DNA of 64,000 bases from the NCBI GenBank assembly GCA_035476995.1, contig DATIKY010000344.1:4550-68549 (forward strand), given 5' to 3'. Made by a program: the position numbers and the translations under genes. The notes under the pieces are model-generated. The model was given only the letters and a program-made list of their open reading frames with translations, ran no database searches and was not told the DNA's origin. Shown piece after piece: positions 25,194 to 35,259 of the stretch; within the stretch, counting starts at the first letter, position 1, and each line of letters opens with the position of its first letter. This DNA is from Sedimentisphaerales bacterium. Lineage in GTDB: Bacteria > Planctomycetota > Phycisphaerae > Sedimentisphaerales > Anaerobacaceae.

Positions 25194-26441
25194 TCACTCT
25201 CGTGCCGTCCCCGCACGACGACTCTCTTTGAATCCGCGAATCACGTCCGAGTACCAATCGACGATCTTCGGCAGAACGGCGGGCATCGAGAAGCGGGCCT
25301 CGACCGTCTGTCTGCCGCACGTCCCCAGACGACGTCGCAGGAGCGGGTCTGCCAGCAGGCGTCGCATCGCCTCCGTCAGAGCTGCGGGTCTGCCCGGCGG
25401 AACCAGCAATCCATCGACCTCGTCTGTGATGATTTCGCCGGGCCCGCCGCAGCGAGTTGCGATGACGGGAGTGCCGCAGGCCATCGCCTCCAGCACGGTG
25501 TACGAGAAACTCTCAAAACCCCGCGTCGGCACGACAGCCAGCAGTGCCTTCTGTTGCAGCCTGATGATCTCCGTAACCGGGACATGCGACGTGAACAACA
25601 GCCGATCACCGAACCGCCCGGGCACCACGGACCGTATGACATCACAGGCGGTTTTGCCCTTGCAGGAAAGGCCGGGCGGCGCGGCCAGGTTCATCCCAAC
25701 GAAACGTACGGAGACGCCCGGATGCTCTTCGAGAACGGGAACGAGCGATTCCGCCAGATCGAAGACCCCTTTGTTGTACTCCAGTCGGCCCACGTAGAGG
25801 ATTTCCGTTCTTGCCGCACTCCCATCCCCGGGACGGAACAGCTCGGCATCGATCGGATTGGGGATGACGACGAAGCGGTTCAGTGGAATAACCCAGGCGA
25901 GACTCAGATGGCAGGCCAGCGCCTGACTGGGAGAGGCGATTCCCTCGGCGGATTGCGTCTGCTCCCGTTCGAGGCGGTCCTGCTTTCGAAGAGACGCCGG
26001 CATCGCCCCGGAGTGCGACAGGGACTGGCTCGCCGACCACAGGATGTGGGCGGCCGTGTGACATCGAACGACGACCGGGACATGAGCATCCTTCATGAAG
26101 TGCCAGCCCCAGGCTCCGAACTCGGCCGTTTCGACAACATCGACCGGCTCGGCCTGGCGCACCTGCTGGAACGTCTTCCAGGCTTCCCACGACCAGGGGT
26201 GCCGCACCCCCGCGAGAACGCGCCTGAGCCCCCTCTTCACCCGGCAAAGAAGGGTCCTGCGGCAATCCGGCAGGGCAACGGAGACTATGCTCGCTCCGGA
26301 GCAGGCGACGGGATTGCGATCGTGGGTGATCACGGTCACGCGATGCCCCGCCGACACGAGCCCTCGGGCCAGGTTGAACATGTAGGACCCGATCCCGCAT
26401 CCGTAGGGCGGCCACTCCAGACTCAGCAGACACACGTGCAT
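25194..26441 (-). CDS. glycosyltransferase family 4 (GT-B, Glycos_transf_1)
   Basis: MHVCLLSLEWPPYGCGIGSYMFNLARGL at the N-terminus, and the E-x7-E region GFESFSYTVLEAMACGTPVIATRCGGPGEIITDEVDGLLV. Confidence 0.85.
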   Translation of the reverse strand: MHVCLLSLEWPPYGCGIGSYMFNLARGLVSAGHRVTVITHDRNPVACSGASIVSVALPDCRRTLLCRVKRGLRRVLAGVRHPWSWEAWKTFQQVRQAEPVDVVETAEFGAWGWHFMKDAHVPVVVRCHTAAHILWSASQSLSHSGAMPASLRKQDRLEREQTQSAEGIASPSQALACHLSLAWVIPLNRFVVIPNPIDAELFRPGDGSAARTEILYVGRLEYNKGVFDLAESLVPVLEEHPGVSVRFVGMNLAAPPGLSCKGKTACDVIRSVVPGRFGDRLLFTSHVPVTEIIRLQQKALLAVVPTRGFESFSYTVLEAMACGTPVIATRCGGPGEIITDEVDGLLVPPGRPAALTEAMRRLLADPLLRRRLGTCGRQTVEARFSMPAVLPKIVDWYSDVIRGFKESRRAGTARE

Positions 26442-26499
26442 CCACAGACTCCCAAAGCCCGATTGCGCGGCGCACGGGCCGCATCGCGAACCAAGCCAA

Positions 26500-27459
26500 T
26501 CATGCCTTTCGCCGCCTCTGCACGAGGCCCCTGAGACTGCGGACGTGTCGCACCGCGCCGGGCATCGCCGTCTTGGCCCTCAACTTGAAGCACTCCCACC
26601 GAAATGTCTGCATTTGCGGAAATGCTTCCAGGAGCCACGCCGCCCTCGCGACATCGCCTTCCGAGGCCAGTCCGTGCGCCGTGGCCAGGGCGAACCGGGC
26701 AAGCCACGACTCCAACAACGGCCGCCGCTGGGGCGGACAGTGGCAGCGAATCGGCTCCGGGTCGGTGAACACCGGCTCCAGCGCCCGCCCCCTCTTGGGA
26801 CCGACGCCCAGTTCGGACGCCTCGATGTGGTACCACACGAGCGGCTCCAGTATCCGGTAGACGCTGTGGCCGAACAACACCTGCACCCACAGGTAGTAGT
26901 CCTCCCCCAGCGTGCAATGGTCTTTCTCGTAGAATCCGCCGTACTGCTCCACGACGCTCCGCCGAATCGTCGTCGTGCTGGAATTGACGGCATAGATCGC
27001 GCTGCGGAGTTCTTCGGCATTGCGGCAGGAATCCACGTTCCAGAGCCCGTCCTGGATGCCCCTCTGTCGAAACACGGGACCGACGTCGGCCTTGTCCGTT
27101 CCCAGGAAGTACGTCGATGCGGCGGCCGCACACTGGGGGTACTTGTCCAACACGTCAATCGTCCGCTCGAGGTAGGCGGGCAACCATTCGTCGTCCGCAT
27201 CGAGAAACGCCACCAGCGGAGACTTCGACTCCTTCAGGCCGCGATTGCGCGCCGCACCAGGCCCCCGGTTGGCCTGCCGGACCAGTCGAAGGCGATTGTC
27301 GTCGCACCTCCGGACGACCTCGGCGCTGTCGTCCGTGGAACCGTCGTCCACCACGACGATTTCCAGGTCGCGATGCGTCTGACTCAAGACGGATCGCAGA
27401 GCCCGCTCAATGTACCGGCCCTTGTTGTACAAGGGAATGATCACACTGACCTGTGCCAT
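26500..27459 (-). CDS. glycosyltransferase family 2
   Basis: MAQVSVIIPLYNKGRYIERALRSVLSQT, EIVVVDDGSTDDS, FLDADDEW. The start was placed at ATG 27457-27459. The ORF-track TTG start at 27471 would overlap the upstream stop. Confidence 0.85.
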   Translation of the reverse strand: MAQVSVIIPLYNKGRYIERALRSVLSQTHRDLEIVVVDDGSTDDSAEVVRRCDDNRLRLVRQANRGPGAARNRGLKESKSPLVAFLDADDEWLPAYLERTIDVLDKYPQCAAAASTYFLGTDKADVGPVFRQRGIQDGLWNVDSCRNAEELRSAIYAVNSSTTTIRRSVVEQYGGFYEKDHCTLGEDYYLWVQVLFGHSVYRILEPLVWYHIEASELGVGPKRGRALEPVFTDPEPIRCHCPPQRRPLLESWLARFALATAHGLASEGDVARAAWLLEAFPQMQTFRWECFKLRAKTAMPGAVRHVRSLRGLVQRRRKA

Positions 27460-27467
27460 GACCGCCG

Positions 27468-28442
27468 TCAACCTCCACTTCCCTTGGCAGACAAGACGCC
27501 GGCACTCGCCACAGGGCGCTCGGGCTTCGGGCTCGCCGACAGGGCCCCCATGAACCGTCCCCAGCTTACCGCCGCGCTATACTGCCTGTCGAAAAACTCC
27601 TGCGGCGTCACGCCTCGCAACAACCGGGCCCTTCCCACGCTGCCCCAGCAGCGGAGCGCATGAATCAGAAGCGATCCCACTCCTTTGGACTGCTTCCCCT
27701 GGGTTCTCAGCAACCGCTCGGCAGACACGGCGCCGCACCGCGCACGCGCCAGCACCCACTCCTTCGTCAGGCGCGAGGCCGGCACTCTGTGCCCCACGAC
27801 CGCGGCCGGCTCGTACACCACGATTCCTCCGATCTGCCGAACCCGGCTCAACAGATCCGCTTCATCCCCGGTCAGCAGGTTGCCGACGGACCTGCTGAAC
27901 AAGGGGTTGAATCCCCCCACCTCAAGGGCCACCCGCTTGAGCACGGAGAAGTTCAGCCCGTACAGGTCTTTGTCCGTCCCCACGAGCGTCTCGGGACCAT
28001 GGTCCAGCCGGGAGTACATCGTCTCCAGCTCGACCGGCAGCCATTCCGGCCGGCCCAGCGACTCCGGATAGAGGAGGTAGCTTCGCCCCCCGACGACGGA
28101 GGCGGAGTGCTTCGCGAATGCCGCGGAAACCGCACACAGCCAGTTGGGGTCCACGATCACATCCTCGTCGACGAAGGACACGATGTCCCCTCCGGCTTCA
28201 GCCAGGGCGCAGTTCCGGGCGTGACACAATCCCTGCTTCGATTCGCGGACGCTGCGAAACCGGGGCGACAGCAGATCGCTGTACCGCCGAAGCACCTCCG
28301 CGGTGCCGTCGGTGCAGTTGTTGTCGACCACGAGAATCTCGTACTCCACGTTCTCGGGACAGCGGAGAGACCTGAGGCTCTCCAGTGCTCCGGCCAATAT
28401 CGCCGCGTTGTTGTAGGTCTGGATCGTCACGCTGACAAACAT
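27468..28442 (-). CDS. glycosyltransferase family 2
   Basis: MFVSVTIQTYNNAAILAGALESL, EILVVDNNCTDGT, FVDEDV. ATG 28440-28442 has GGAGGA 5 nt upstream. Confidence 0.85.
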   Translation of the reverse strand: MFVSVTIQTYNNAAILAGALESLRSLRCPENVEYEILVVDNNCTDGTAEVLRRYSDLLSPRFRSVRESKQGLCHARNCALAEAGGDIVSFVDEDVIVDPNWLCAVSAAFAKHSASVVGGRSYLLYPESLGRPEWLPVELETMYSRLDHGPETLVGTDKDLYGLNFSVLKRVALEVGGFNPLFSRSVGNLLTGDEADLLSRVRQIGGIVVYEPAAVVGHRVPASRLTKEWVLARARCGAVSAERLLRTQGKQSKGVGSLLIHALRCWGSVGRARLLRGVTPQEFFDRQYSAAVSWGRFMGALSASPKPERPVASAGVLSAKGSGG

Positions 28443-28493
28443 ATAATCCTCCACGCCGGGACGGACCGATGCGCCTGGCGGCGTATTCTCTCA

Positions 28494-29459
28494 TCACGCC
28501 ACGCAATTCCTGCGAAACAGCTTCTGGAGCCACTGGTGCAAACCCGGCAGATACACCCCGACGAGCATTCGCGTGAGAACGCGATCTGGCCTCCTTCGCG
28601 CACGAAGGCTTTCGACGATACAGGCCCTCGCGTAGGCTCGCGATCGCACCACGTCACCCGCCTGCCGGCATTTCCGGGCCAACTCAAGATGGTGCGCCGA
28701 CAAGGAACGGGCGATCGTGCGATGGTACGTCCTGTCCATCGCGCAACGGAATCGACGAAGACACTCCATCGAGACCTCCAGCTTGTCGATCTCGCCGGTC
28801 ATCGAGTAGATGCCGTTTCTGTGATGCCGGTAGACGCCCATGGGCTCGTCGATGTAGCCGATGTCGCCATGCCGGGCGTGCAGAATATGGTGGGCCCAGT
28901 CCATGGCGGGCGTCAGGTAGACCCAGGCCGGATGATCGCAGAAGAGCCCCTTGCGGTACATCACCGAACAGGACTGGATCAGATTGCACTCCAGAAGGTC
29001 CGCCAGCGTGTAGATCTCCTGGATTCGCGGAGGCCTCATGAGGACGGGCGGTTGTCGCTCCTCGTCCCACACCGCGCGGACGCTGTGAAAACACAACGCA
29101 CAGTCCGGATGATCGTCCAGGAACGTCGCCTGACGCTGCAGCTTGTCCGGGCACACCCAGTAGTCGTCGCCGTCCAGCGAGGCGACATACCGGCCGCGGC
29201 AGGCGCGATAAGCCCGCACGATGGAGGCGCGTGCCCCGATGTTGTGGCGGTTCAGAAGCACGCGGATGCGGTCCCGGTGTCTCTCCCAGTACCGGCCGAT
29301 GACGTCCCGCGTGCCGTCGCGGGAGCCGTCATCGATGACCACCACTTCATACGGGAAGTCGGTATTCTGAGCAAGAACCCCTTCGATCGCGTCCGCGATG
29401 AAACGCTCATGGTTGTACGCAAGGATCGTCACGCTGACTTTGACGCGGGCATCCGTCAT
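28494..29459 (-). CDS. glycosyltransferase family 2
   Basis: MTDARVKVSVTILAYNHERFIADAIEGVLAQ, EVVVIDDGSRDGT, SLDGDDYW. Confidence 0.85.
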   Translation of the reverse strand: MTDARVKVSVTILAYNHERFIADAIEGVLAQNTDFPYEVVVIDDGSRDGTRDVIGRYWERHRDRIRVLLNRHNIGARASIVRAYRACRGRYVASLDGDDYWVCPDKLQRQATFLDDHPDCALCFHSVRAVWDEERQPPVLMRPPRIQEIYTLADLLECNLIQSCSVMYRKGLFCDHPAWVYLTPAMDWAHHILHARHGDIGYIDEPMGVYRHHRNGIYSMTGEIDKLEVSMECLRRFRCAMDRTYHRTIARSLSAHHLELARKCRQAGDVVRSRAYARACIVESLRARRRPDRVLTRMLVGVYLPGLHQWLQKLFRRNCVA

Positions 29460-29466
29460 AGGTCGC

Positions 29467-30720
29467 TCACGAGGCAATGCGAACATCCTGTCCTCTGCCT
29501 GCGGAGGCCAATCCTCGGTCGTCCAGGAGGCAACGGAGTTCCCGATGGTTCGCCGCCGCCAGGCGAAGAACGTGGCAGATCGTCGACACCGCCTCCGAGG
29601 ACACGCTCGTGCCCGTCGGCAGGCACATCACACGACTCGTGAGGATCTCCGTGTGAGGCAGCCGCCGATACGCGTCGGGGTCCTCCGACCGGTACGGCTC
29701 CATCCGGTGACACCCGGGATAGAAGTACCGGCGAGCCATCACGTTCTCCGCGGCCAGAATCCGCACGAAGTCATCCCGCGACAACTCCAGCCGCTCCCCA
29801 TCGACCGTCACTGCGACGTATTGGTAATTGCTCCGGTCCGCGTCGTCGTAGACGGCCACTTCCAGGCCGGGGGCGTCGGCCAGTTCCCGGCGGTACTGTT
29901 CGTAGTTGCGTCGATTGATTTCGACAAACCCATCGAGGCTCTCCAGCGAGGTCACCCCCATGGCCGCGCAGACCTCGTTCATCTTGCCGTTCATGCCGAG
30001 GCTGACGACACGGTCATACCCGGCGAACCCGAAGTTCCGCATCAGTTCCACCCGGGCGGCGAGATCCGAATCGTTCGTGACGATCGCACCGCCCTCGAAC
30101 GAATTGACGAACTTCGTGGCGTGGAAACTGAACACCTCGGCGTCTCCGAACGAGCCCACCATCCGGCCGCGATGAGAACAGGCGAACGCATGAGCCGCGT
30201 CGAAGAGCAGGCCCAACCGATGCCTGCGGGCGATCTCCTCCAGGGACTCCACGTCGCAGGGGCGCCCCCACACGTGCACGCCCAGAATTCCCGTCGTGCG
30301 AGGCGTGATCAGGGACTCCACCCTCGCCGGGTCGATGGTGTGCGTTCGAGGGTCGATGTCGCAGAACACCGGGGTGATCCCCTGCCAGCGCAGCGAGTGC
30401 GCCGTGGCGACGAACGTGAAGGAAGGCACGATCACCTCTCCGCCGAATCCCATCGCCCGGATGGCGATCTCCAGAGCCACGGTGCCGTTGCACATCGCCA
30501 GGCAGTGGCGAACGCCCGCCAGATCCGCGACCCGCCGTTCGAGTTCTCGGACATACGGCCCGCCGTTCGACAGCCAGCGGCGGTCCAGAACATCCTCAAT
30601 CCGCGTCCTCAACCGACCGCGGTCTCCAATGTTGGGCCCCCCGACGTGGAGCGTCTCGGACAGTGCCGCCCGCCCGCTCAAAATCGCCAGGTCACACGGT
30701 CGCTTGTGCAAATGGCTCAT
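29467..30720 (-). CDS. DegT/DnrJ/EryC1/StrS-family PLP-dependent sugar aminotransferase
   Basis: The start was set at ATG 30718-30720, with GAGGGAG 4 nt upstream. NGTVALEIAIRAMG, IVPSFTFVATAHSL, and the PLP-Lys motif FSFHATKFVNSFEGGAIV. Confidence 0.85.
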   Translation of the reverse strand: MSHLHKRPCDLAILSGRAALSETLHVGGPNIGDRGRLRTRIEDVLDRRWLSNGGPYVRELERRVADLAGVRHCLAMCNGTVALEIAIRAMGFGGEVIVPSFTFVATAHSLRWQGITPVFCDIDPRTHTIDPARVESLITPRTTGILGVHVWGRPCDVESLEEIARRHRLGLLFDAAHAFACSHRGRMVGSFGDAEVFSFHATKFVNSFEGGAIVTNDSDLAARVELMRNFGFAGYDRVVSLGMNGKMNEVCAAMGVTSLESLDGFVEINRRNYEQYRRELADAPGLEVAVYDDADRSNYQYVAVTVDGERLELSRDDFVRILAAENVMARRYFYPGCHRMEPYRSEDPDAYRRLPHTEILTSRVMCLPTGTSVSSEAVSTICHVLRLAAANHRELRCLLDDRGLASAGRGQDVRIAS

Positions 30721-30896
30721 CTGACTCCCTCTCGGTCTGTGCACGGGCCAACAGGGACTCCCGGTCCCCGATTCCCTCGTCAGTCACTCTTCCATCCGAC
30801 CCCTACAATCCCAGTTCCATCTCATCATCGGCTATCTGAAGGCCGGACTTAAGTCCCCACAGGACGAGGCACATGGGCCCGCGTCATCGCGGCTCG

Positions 30897-31793
30897 TCAC
30901 AAATAATCGGCGTAGTCGCTCTGGATGTACTCCTGCAGAGCCACCCTCCACTCCCGCATAATGCTGAGTCCCCGGATGTTGAGCTTGCGATTGATGAGGC
31001 GTTCCGACGGGGGACGCTCGGCGAAGTACACGTCCTTATAGTAATCGGAACTGACGCCAATCACCGACACGTCCGTCTCCAGATGGAGGATACGAATCAA
31101 CTCCCGGGCCACATCCAGTCGACTGGTCTGCCCCGCGCAGACCATATTGTAGAGCCCCCAGCATTCCTTCTCAATCAGCAGCCTGACATTGCGGGCGAAG
31201 TCGTGCGTATAGGTGGGCGTCCCATCCTTGTCGTTGACGATGTGAAGCTGTTTCTTGCCCGCCTTCAGTTGCGCCATGATCTTCTGAATGAACTTCTTGT
31301 CCTTGCGAGGGCCGCCCCCCATCATCCAGCCCGCGCGACAAACCAGGTAGCGTTGCGCATTCTCAACAACAAAACGCTCCCCCATGTACTTGGACCGCGC
31401 GTACACTCCCAGAGGATTGGGCTGATCCCAATCGTCATACTGATCCTTGCCCCCATCGAAAATCCCTGCCGTGCTGATATAGAGCACCGGAATCTCCAGG
31501 CTGTTTGCGATGTGGACGGCATTCTCAACCGCCACCGTGTTCGTGGCGTAGGTGTCGTCGGCGTTTTGTTCGCAGTACTCAAGGTCCGTATAAGCGCCGA
31601 GATGGAATAGGTAGTCCGGCCGAAAGGCCTCCACATCCTTGCGATAGCCGTCGTAATCGCGGAAATCGAGAAAACTCAACCAGGACTCGTTCACATCCTT
31701 GTCCGTGCAACGGATCTCATAACCATCTCCAAATCGCTTGTAGAATGCCTCTCCCAGCATTCCCCCACATCCTGCCATGTATATCTTCTTCAT
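30897..31793 (-). CDS. RmlD-like NAD(P)-dependent sugar reductase/epimerase (SDR superfamily)
   Basis: MKKIYMAGCGGMLGEAFYKRF (Gly-rich Rossmann loop), the catalytic region YARSKYMGE (YxxxK), and LVCRAGWMMG. It is visibly less GC-rich than its neighbours. Confidence 0.75.
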   Translation of the reverse strand: MKKIYMAGCGGMLGEAFYKRFGDGYEIRCTDKDVNESWLSFLDFRDYDGYRKDVEAFRPDYLFHLGAYTDLEYCEQNADDTYATNTVAVENAVHIANSLEIPVLYISTAGIFDGGKDQYDDWDQPNPLGVYARSKYMGERFVVENAQRYLVCRAGWMMGGGPRKDKKFIQKIMAQLKAGKKQLHIVNDKDGTPTYTHDFARNVRLLIEKECWGLYNMVCAGQTSRLDVARELIRILHLETDVSVIGVSSDYYKDVYFAERPPSERLINRKLNIRGLSIMREWRVALQEYIQSDYADYL

Positions 31794-32404
31794 ATCGACA
31801 CTCCACTTGACTTGCGATCATTGTCCGTCACGCCCGCAGAAGGCCGGTCATCAGACGGGCCGAACCGTAACCCCGACAGAGCTTCGACTGAGAAATGCGG
31901 ATCCGGGGCCCGTCTCGCGGAATCAGCCGAGGCATGATTCCAGACAAGGATCTATTCCTGTAAACTGTCCGCCGGATTACCAGCGGTGAGAATGAAGGTC
32001 CGAGTATCCGATTGCCGCCCTGCGAACAGACCGGCGACATCAGAAAAGACACAGTGGCGGGACATCGTGGATGTCGGGAGCAGACCGAGGAATCGAGGAA
32101 CTAACCCTGCCGTCGGCCCAACGGCCACGGAAAACCGGCGCCTGCATCCTCCGCAGTCCGCCCCCTCAAACGACTTCAGGAACATCTCACGACGATTCCC
32201 GGCATTCGGTCAGCGGCGCGACCACGGTTGTTGGCACCAGGCTCTACTCCTTGCAGATCAAGGTCCGGATGCCCGCGTGGTCATCCCTGCCGGGAAACCG
32301 ACATGGGGTGAGTATCTTCCCCCGCCATGCAGCGCACGGCCGACGTCAGCGTCCCCTCGCTCGCTTCCCGGAACGACGCAGGACGGTCGCGGAGAATCCC
32401 CCCA

Positions 32405-32444
32405 AAAGACAAACCCAGGGGGCGAGGTTGGTCACCTCGCCCCC
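32405..32444 (-). terminator. Rho-independent terminator after the third PEP-CTERM gene
   Basis: A perfect 11-bp stem GGGGGCGAGGT (32418-32428) / ACCTCGCCCCC (32434-32444) with loop TGGTC. On the minus strand it is followed by TGGGTTTGTCTTTTGGG. It lies 34 nt after the stop at 32478. Confidence 0.6.
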
Positions 32445-32477
32445 TGGCTAAGCATCGAAACAGATCAGACAGACTGA

Positions 32478-33131
32478 TCAGCGAAGGTTTCTTCGCCGAA
32501 CCAGACCGACCACGAAGGAACCCAGACCCGTCAACAGCAGCGCGCCGGGGGCGGGAATCACCGCGGCGTTCAAGACCATGTCGCTGACCAGAAGGCCAAC
32601 CGGGTTTGCATGAGCGTACAACGGACCATTCACGACCCTGAACTCGAGGGTATTCCAATCGTCCAGGATGAAACCGGTATCGATCACGAAGCCCTCGAGG
32701 CTTTTGTAGCCGGCGGTCGCCCGCTCAATACCCGTCCACACATCGTTCAGGTAGATCTTCCCGAAGTCATCGGTCGCCCACTTGCCGGTGATCCAGATCT
32801 TCATATTTGCAGCATCATCCGACGAGAGATAGAACGACTGGGTGAACGAGTACGCACCGGGCGCATCGGTCTTGCTGCCCTGCGTGGGGGCAATCCACCT
32901 GCTGTCGGCCGGGGCAGGCAGCCACGCCGGGTGAGCCGTCACGGCCAAAGCGGGGGCCGGTCCGCTGGGCGTCACCAGCGTGTAGTGGGTGTCAGTCGCC
33001 CCACTGGCCAGCGGAACGAACGAATTGTCCACACCCGTGTTGTAAATCGTCGGGACAGCCATGGCCTGACCGCCGAGCACGCAGGCAATCACAGCCACCA
33101 CCAACATTCGAATCACTTTGACGTTCTCCAT
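32478..33131 (-). CDS. PEP-CTERM sorting-domain protein (small secreted exosortase cargo)
   Basis: The start was set at ATG 33129-33131 (AGGAGG-N6-ATG). Signal peptide MENVKVIRMLVVAVIACVLGGQAMA. C-terminus AAVIPAPGALLLTGLGSFVVGLVRRRNLR. Confidence 0.85.
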   Translation of the reverse strand: MENVKVIRMLVVAVIACVLGGQAMAVPTIYNTGVDNSFVPLASGATDTHYTLVTPSGPAPALAVTAHPAWLPAPADSRWIAPTQGSKTDAPGAYSFTQSFYLSSDDAANMKIWITGKWATDDFGKIYLNDVWTGIERATAGYKSLEGFVIDTGFILDDWNTLEFRVVNGPLYAHANPVGLLVSDMVLNAAVIPAPGALLLTGLGSFVVGLVRRRNLR

Positions 33132-33244
33132 AGTCATCCTCCTAAAAAAAACCAGGACAAATTCCGGGACGTCTGTCCAACGTAGGTCCGGACACGACCA
33201 CCGAAAGACGCACAAGCATCTACAGAAGCCCATCATTTTGAACC

Positions 33245-33273
33245 AGTATACCATGATTACGAAAGGATGTCAA
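33245..33273 (-). promoter_or_regulatory. near-consensus sigma70-type promoter with extended -10 (TTGACA-N17-TGg-TATACT on the minus strand)
   Basis: The minus strand reads TTGACATCCTTTCGTAATCATGGTATACT. On the plus strand this is TGTCAA 33268-33273 and AGTATA 33245-33250. It sits in an AT-rich gap about 110 nt upstream of the PEP-CTERM gene start. Confidence 0.5.
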
Positions 33274-33486
33274 TGGAGTTTTGTGATTTCAACCTATTTC
33301 GCCCGTTTTCTCACGAAAGTTCTCTGCGAAACACCCTATGTCAATACACCGACAAATCCTCCGGGGTTTCGGAATCCCGGCGTTCGCCAACCGAGCAAGA
33401 AGAAGAATCGTCGTAAGAACGTATCAATACTATACTTATGATCGAACACACCTTCGATCAGCCTTCCAAGGCATCTCTAAGGGCCA

Positions 33487-35079
33487 TCACCGCGTCGCAA
33501 CGTCTGGCGGACCATCGCTCGGCACTGTCTTTCCGCGGCGCAGGCGGCCTGCGGCTTTGGCCCAGATCATCGCCAGATCCTGCTTGTCCTGCGGCCCGAG
33601 GCAGCATCCCAGAAGCACCGCGACATAGCACAGAGCGCCGGCCGCCACGCACAGCCCGACTTCGGTCCAGGTGTCAGGCACAACCACGCGCTCCAGGTAG
33701 ACCCACACCACCGCGGCCACGCACCCAGGGGCAAGCCCCGGAATGAGCGTCTTCTCAATCCAGGTTTCCAGTCTCACTTCCGCCAGGCGAAGCGCCAAAG
33801 GCAGCGTCAGAAGCACATCCGAGAGAGCCAGGACAACGAAGCTGGCCATGGCGGCCCCCATCGCGCCAAGGCCCCACCAACCCGCCAACACGAGAATGGC
33901 CACGACACCCACGGCTTGGGTCAGACACGCGCGAATCCCCAACGGCCGCATTTGCGCTTTGGCCGCCGAGATGCACCAAGCCATCCAGTTCCCAGAGGAC
34001 AGGATATAGCCAGCCAGCGTCAGCGACATGACGATCGCGCCCGCCGCATAGGTCTCGCCCGCGTACAGGCTGATCACCGGCCCCGAGTAGATGATGGCCG
34101 GCAGCGACACCGCCAGAATCACCCACGCCCCAACGCGGCCGCCCCACAAGTAGGCGTTCCTGAACCGCTCTTTGGCGCCCATCGCGTGCATTCCGGTAAT
34201 GATCGGGTGGATCGGCCTGGCCGCCACGTCGAACCACTGGTCCACCTGGCGACGCCCCATGGCCCCGATCTGATAGGAAGCGATGTCGATGGCCGAGCCC
34301 AGATGGTTCAGGATGAGCGGAGTGGCGTACTCTCTCGTCCTGGCGGCCAGCGCGACAAGGAAATTCCAGCCTCCGAACCCGGTGATGGCTCGCACCAGAT
34401 CCCATTGGACCGGGCGGTATCGGAATCTCAGGGCCGGGATCGCTCGCAAGGAAGCCATCAGATTGACCACGAGGGCGAACATCTGGGCAGCCACCATCGC
34501 CACCACCACCCACATCACGCGAGTGCTCACCAGAAGCAGCAAGGACAAGAGCACAACGGATTTCGTGACTTCGGAACATACCTGGATGAGGTTCGCCATG
34601 ACGAACTTCTGACGCACGTACAACCCAAGGCCCATCGGCCCACAGGGAAGCTGCACCGCCAGCGAGAAAAACAACAGGAACATCATGAGCCGCGCGTCCC
34701 CTATCAACTGCGGGGGAATCACCAGGATCCGGTCCACGAACCAGGCGACGAGCCCGCCGACGGCCAACAGCAACCCGCCAACGACAAACAACGGCGGGAC
34801 CATGGACGAGACGATCCGGCTGACCCGCTCATCATCTCCCCTGGCGTAAGCGTCCACCAGGTACCGCCCCAGGCCTGAGGTCAGAACCATCGTGAACAAC
34901 GGAACGAAGCCGACAATGGCCATGACGAGAGGATACAGGCTGTACTCGTCTGCGCTGACGCGCCGCAGCAAATGCTGGTGCAGCCACACCAGGACCGAGA
35001 ACTGCAGCACCTGCGCAGCGATGGAACTGGCGGAGTTGATGAACAACAGTCGTTTGCTGATTTCGACTCGAGATGCCAT
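33487..35079 (-). CDS. wzx: Wzx-type oligosaccharide flippase (MOP/polysaccharide biosynthesis protein family)
   Basis: 530 aa with about 12-14 TM helices throughout. The N-terminus LLFINSASSIAAQVLQFSVLVWL is typical of the PST/MOP family. It lies in the EPS locus. Confidence 0.8.
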   Translation of the reverse strand: MASRVEISKRLLFINSASSIAAQVLQFSVLVWLHQHLLRRVSADEYSLYPLVMAIVGFVPLFTMVLTSGLGRYLVDAYARGDDERVSRIVSSMVPPLFVVGGLLLAVGGLVAWFVDRILVIPPQLIGDARLMMFLLFFSLAVQLPCGPMGLGLYVRQKFVMANLIQVCSEVTKSVVLLSLLLLVSTRVMWVVVAMVAAQMFALVVNLMASLRAIPALRFRYRPVQWDLVRAITGFGGWNFLVALAARTREYATPLILNHLGSAIDIASYQIGAMGRRQVDQWFDVAARPIHPIITGMHAMGAKERFRNAYLWGGRVGAWVILAVSLPAIIYSGPVISLYAGETYAAGAIVMSLTLAGYILSSGNWMAWCISAAKAQMRPLGIRACLTQAVGVVAILVLAGWWGLGAMGAAMASFVVLALSDVLLTLPLALRLAEVRLETWIEKTLIPGLAPGCVAAVVWVYLERVVVPDTWTEVGLCVAAGALCYVAVLLGCCLGPQDKQDLAMIWAKAAGRLRRGKTVPSDGPPDVATR

Positions 35080-35259
35080 ATCGCGCTATCGTCATCCGGT
35101 AAACCAGCATCGACTGCCGTGACGAGAACTCAACGGATGGTCGTGGCGTCCCGGCGTCCTCCAGGCGCACTCCGTCCCCGTCGGCCGCAGGCCAAGAACA
35201 GGCGTAATCCATTGCCATTCAAGGATTTGTGACGATCTCCATAGCGTCACGCCGAGCGG

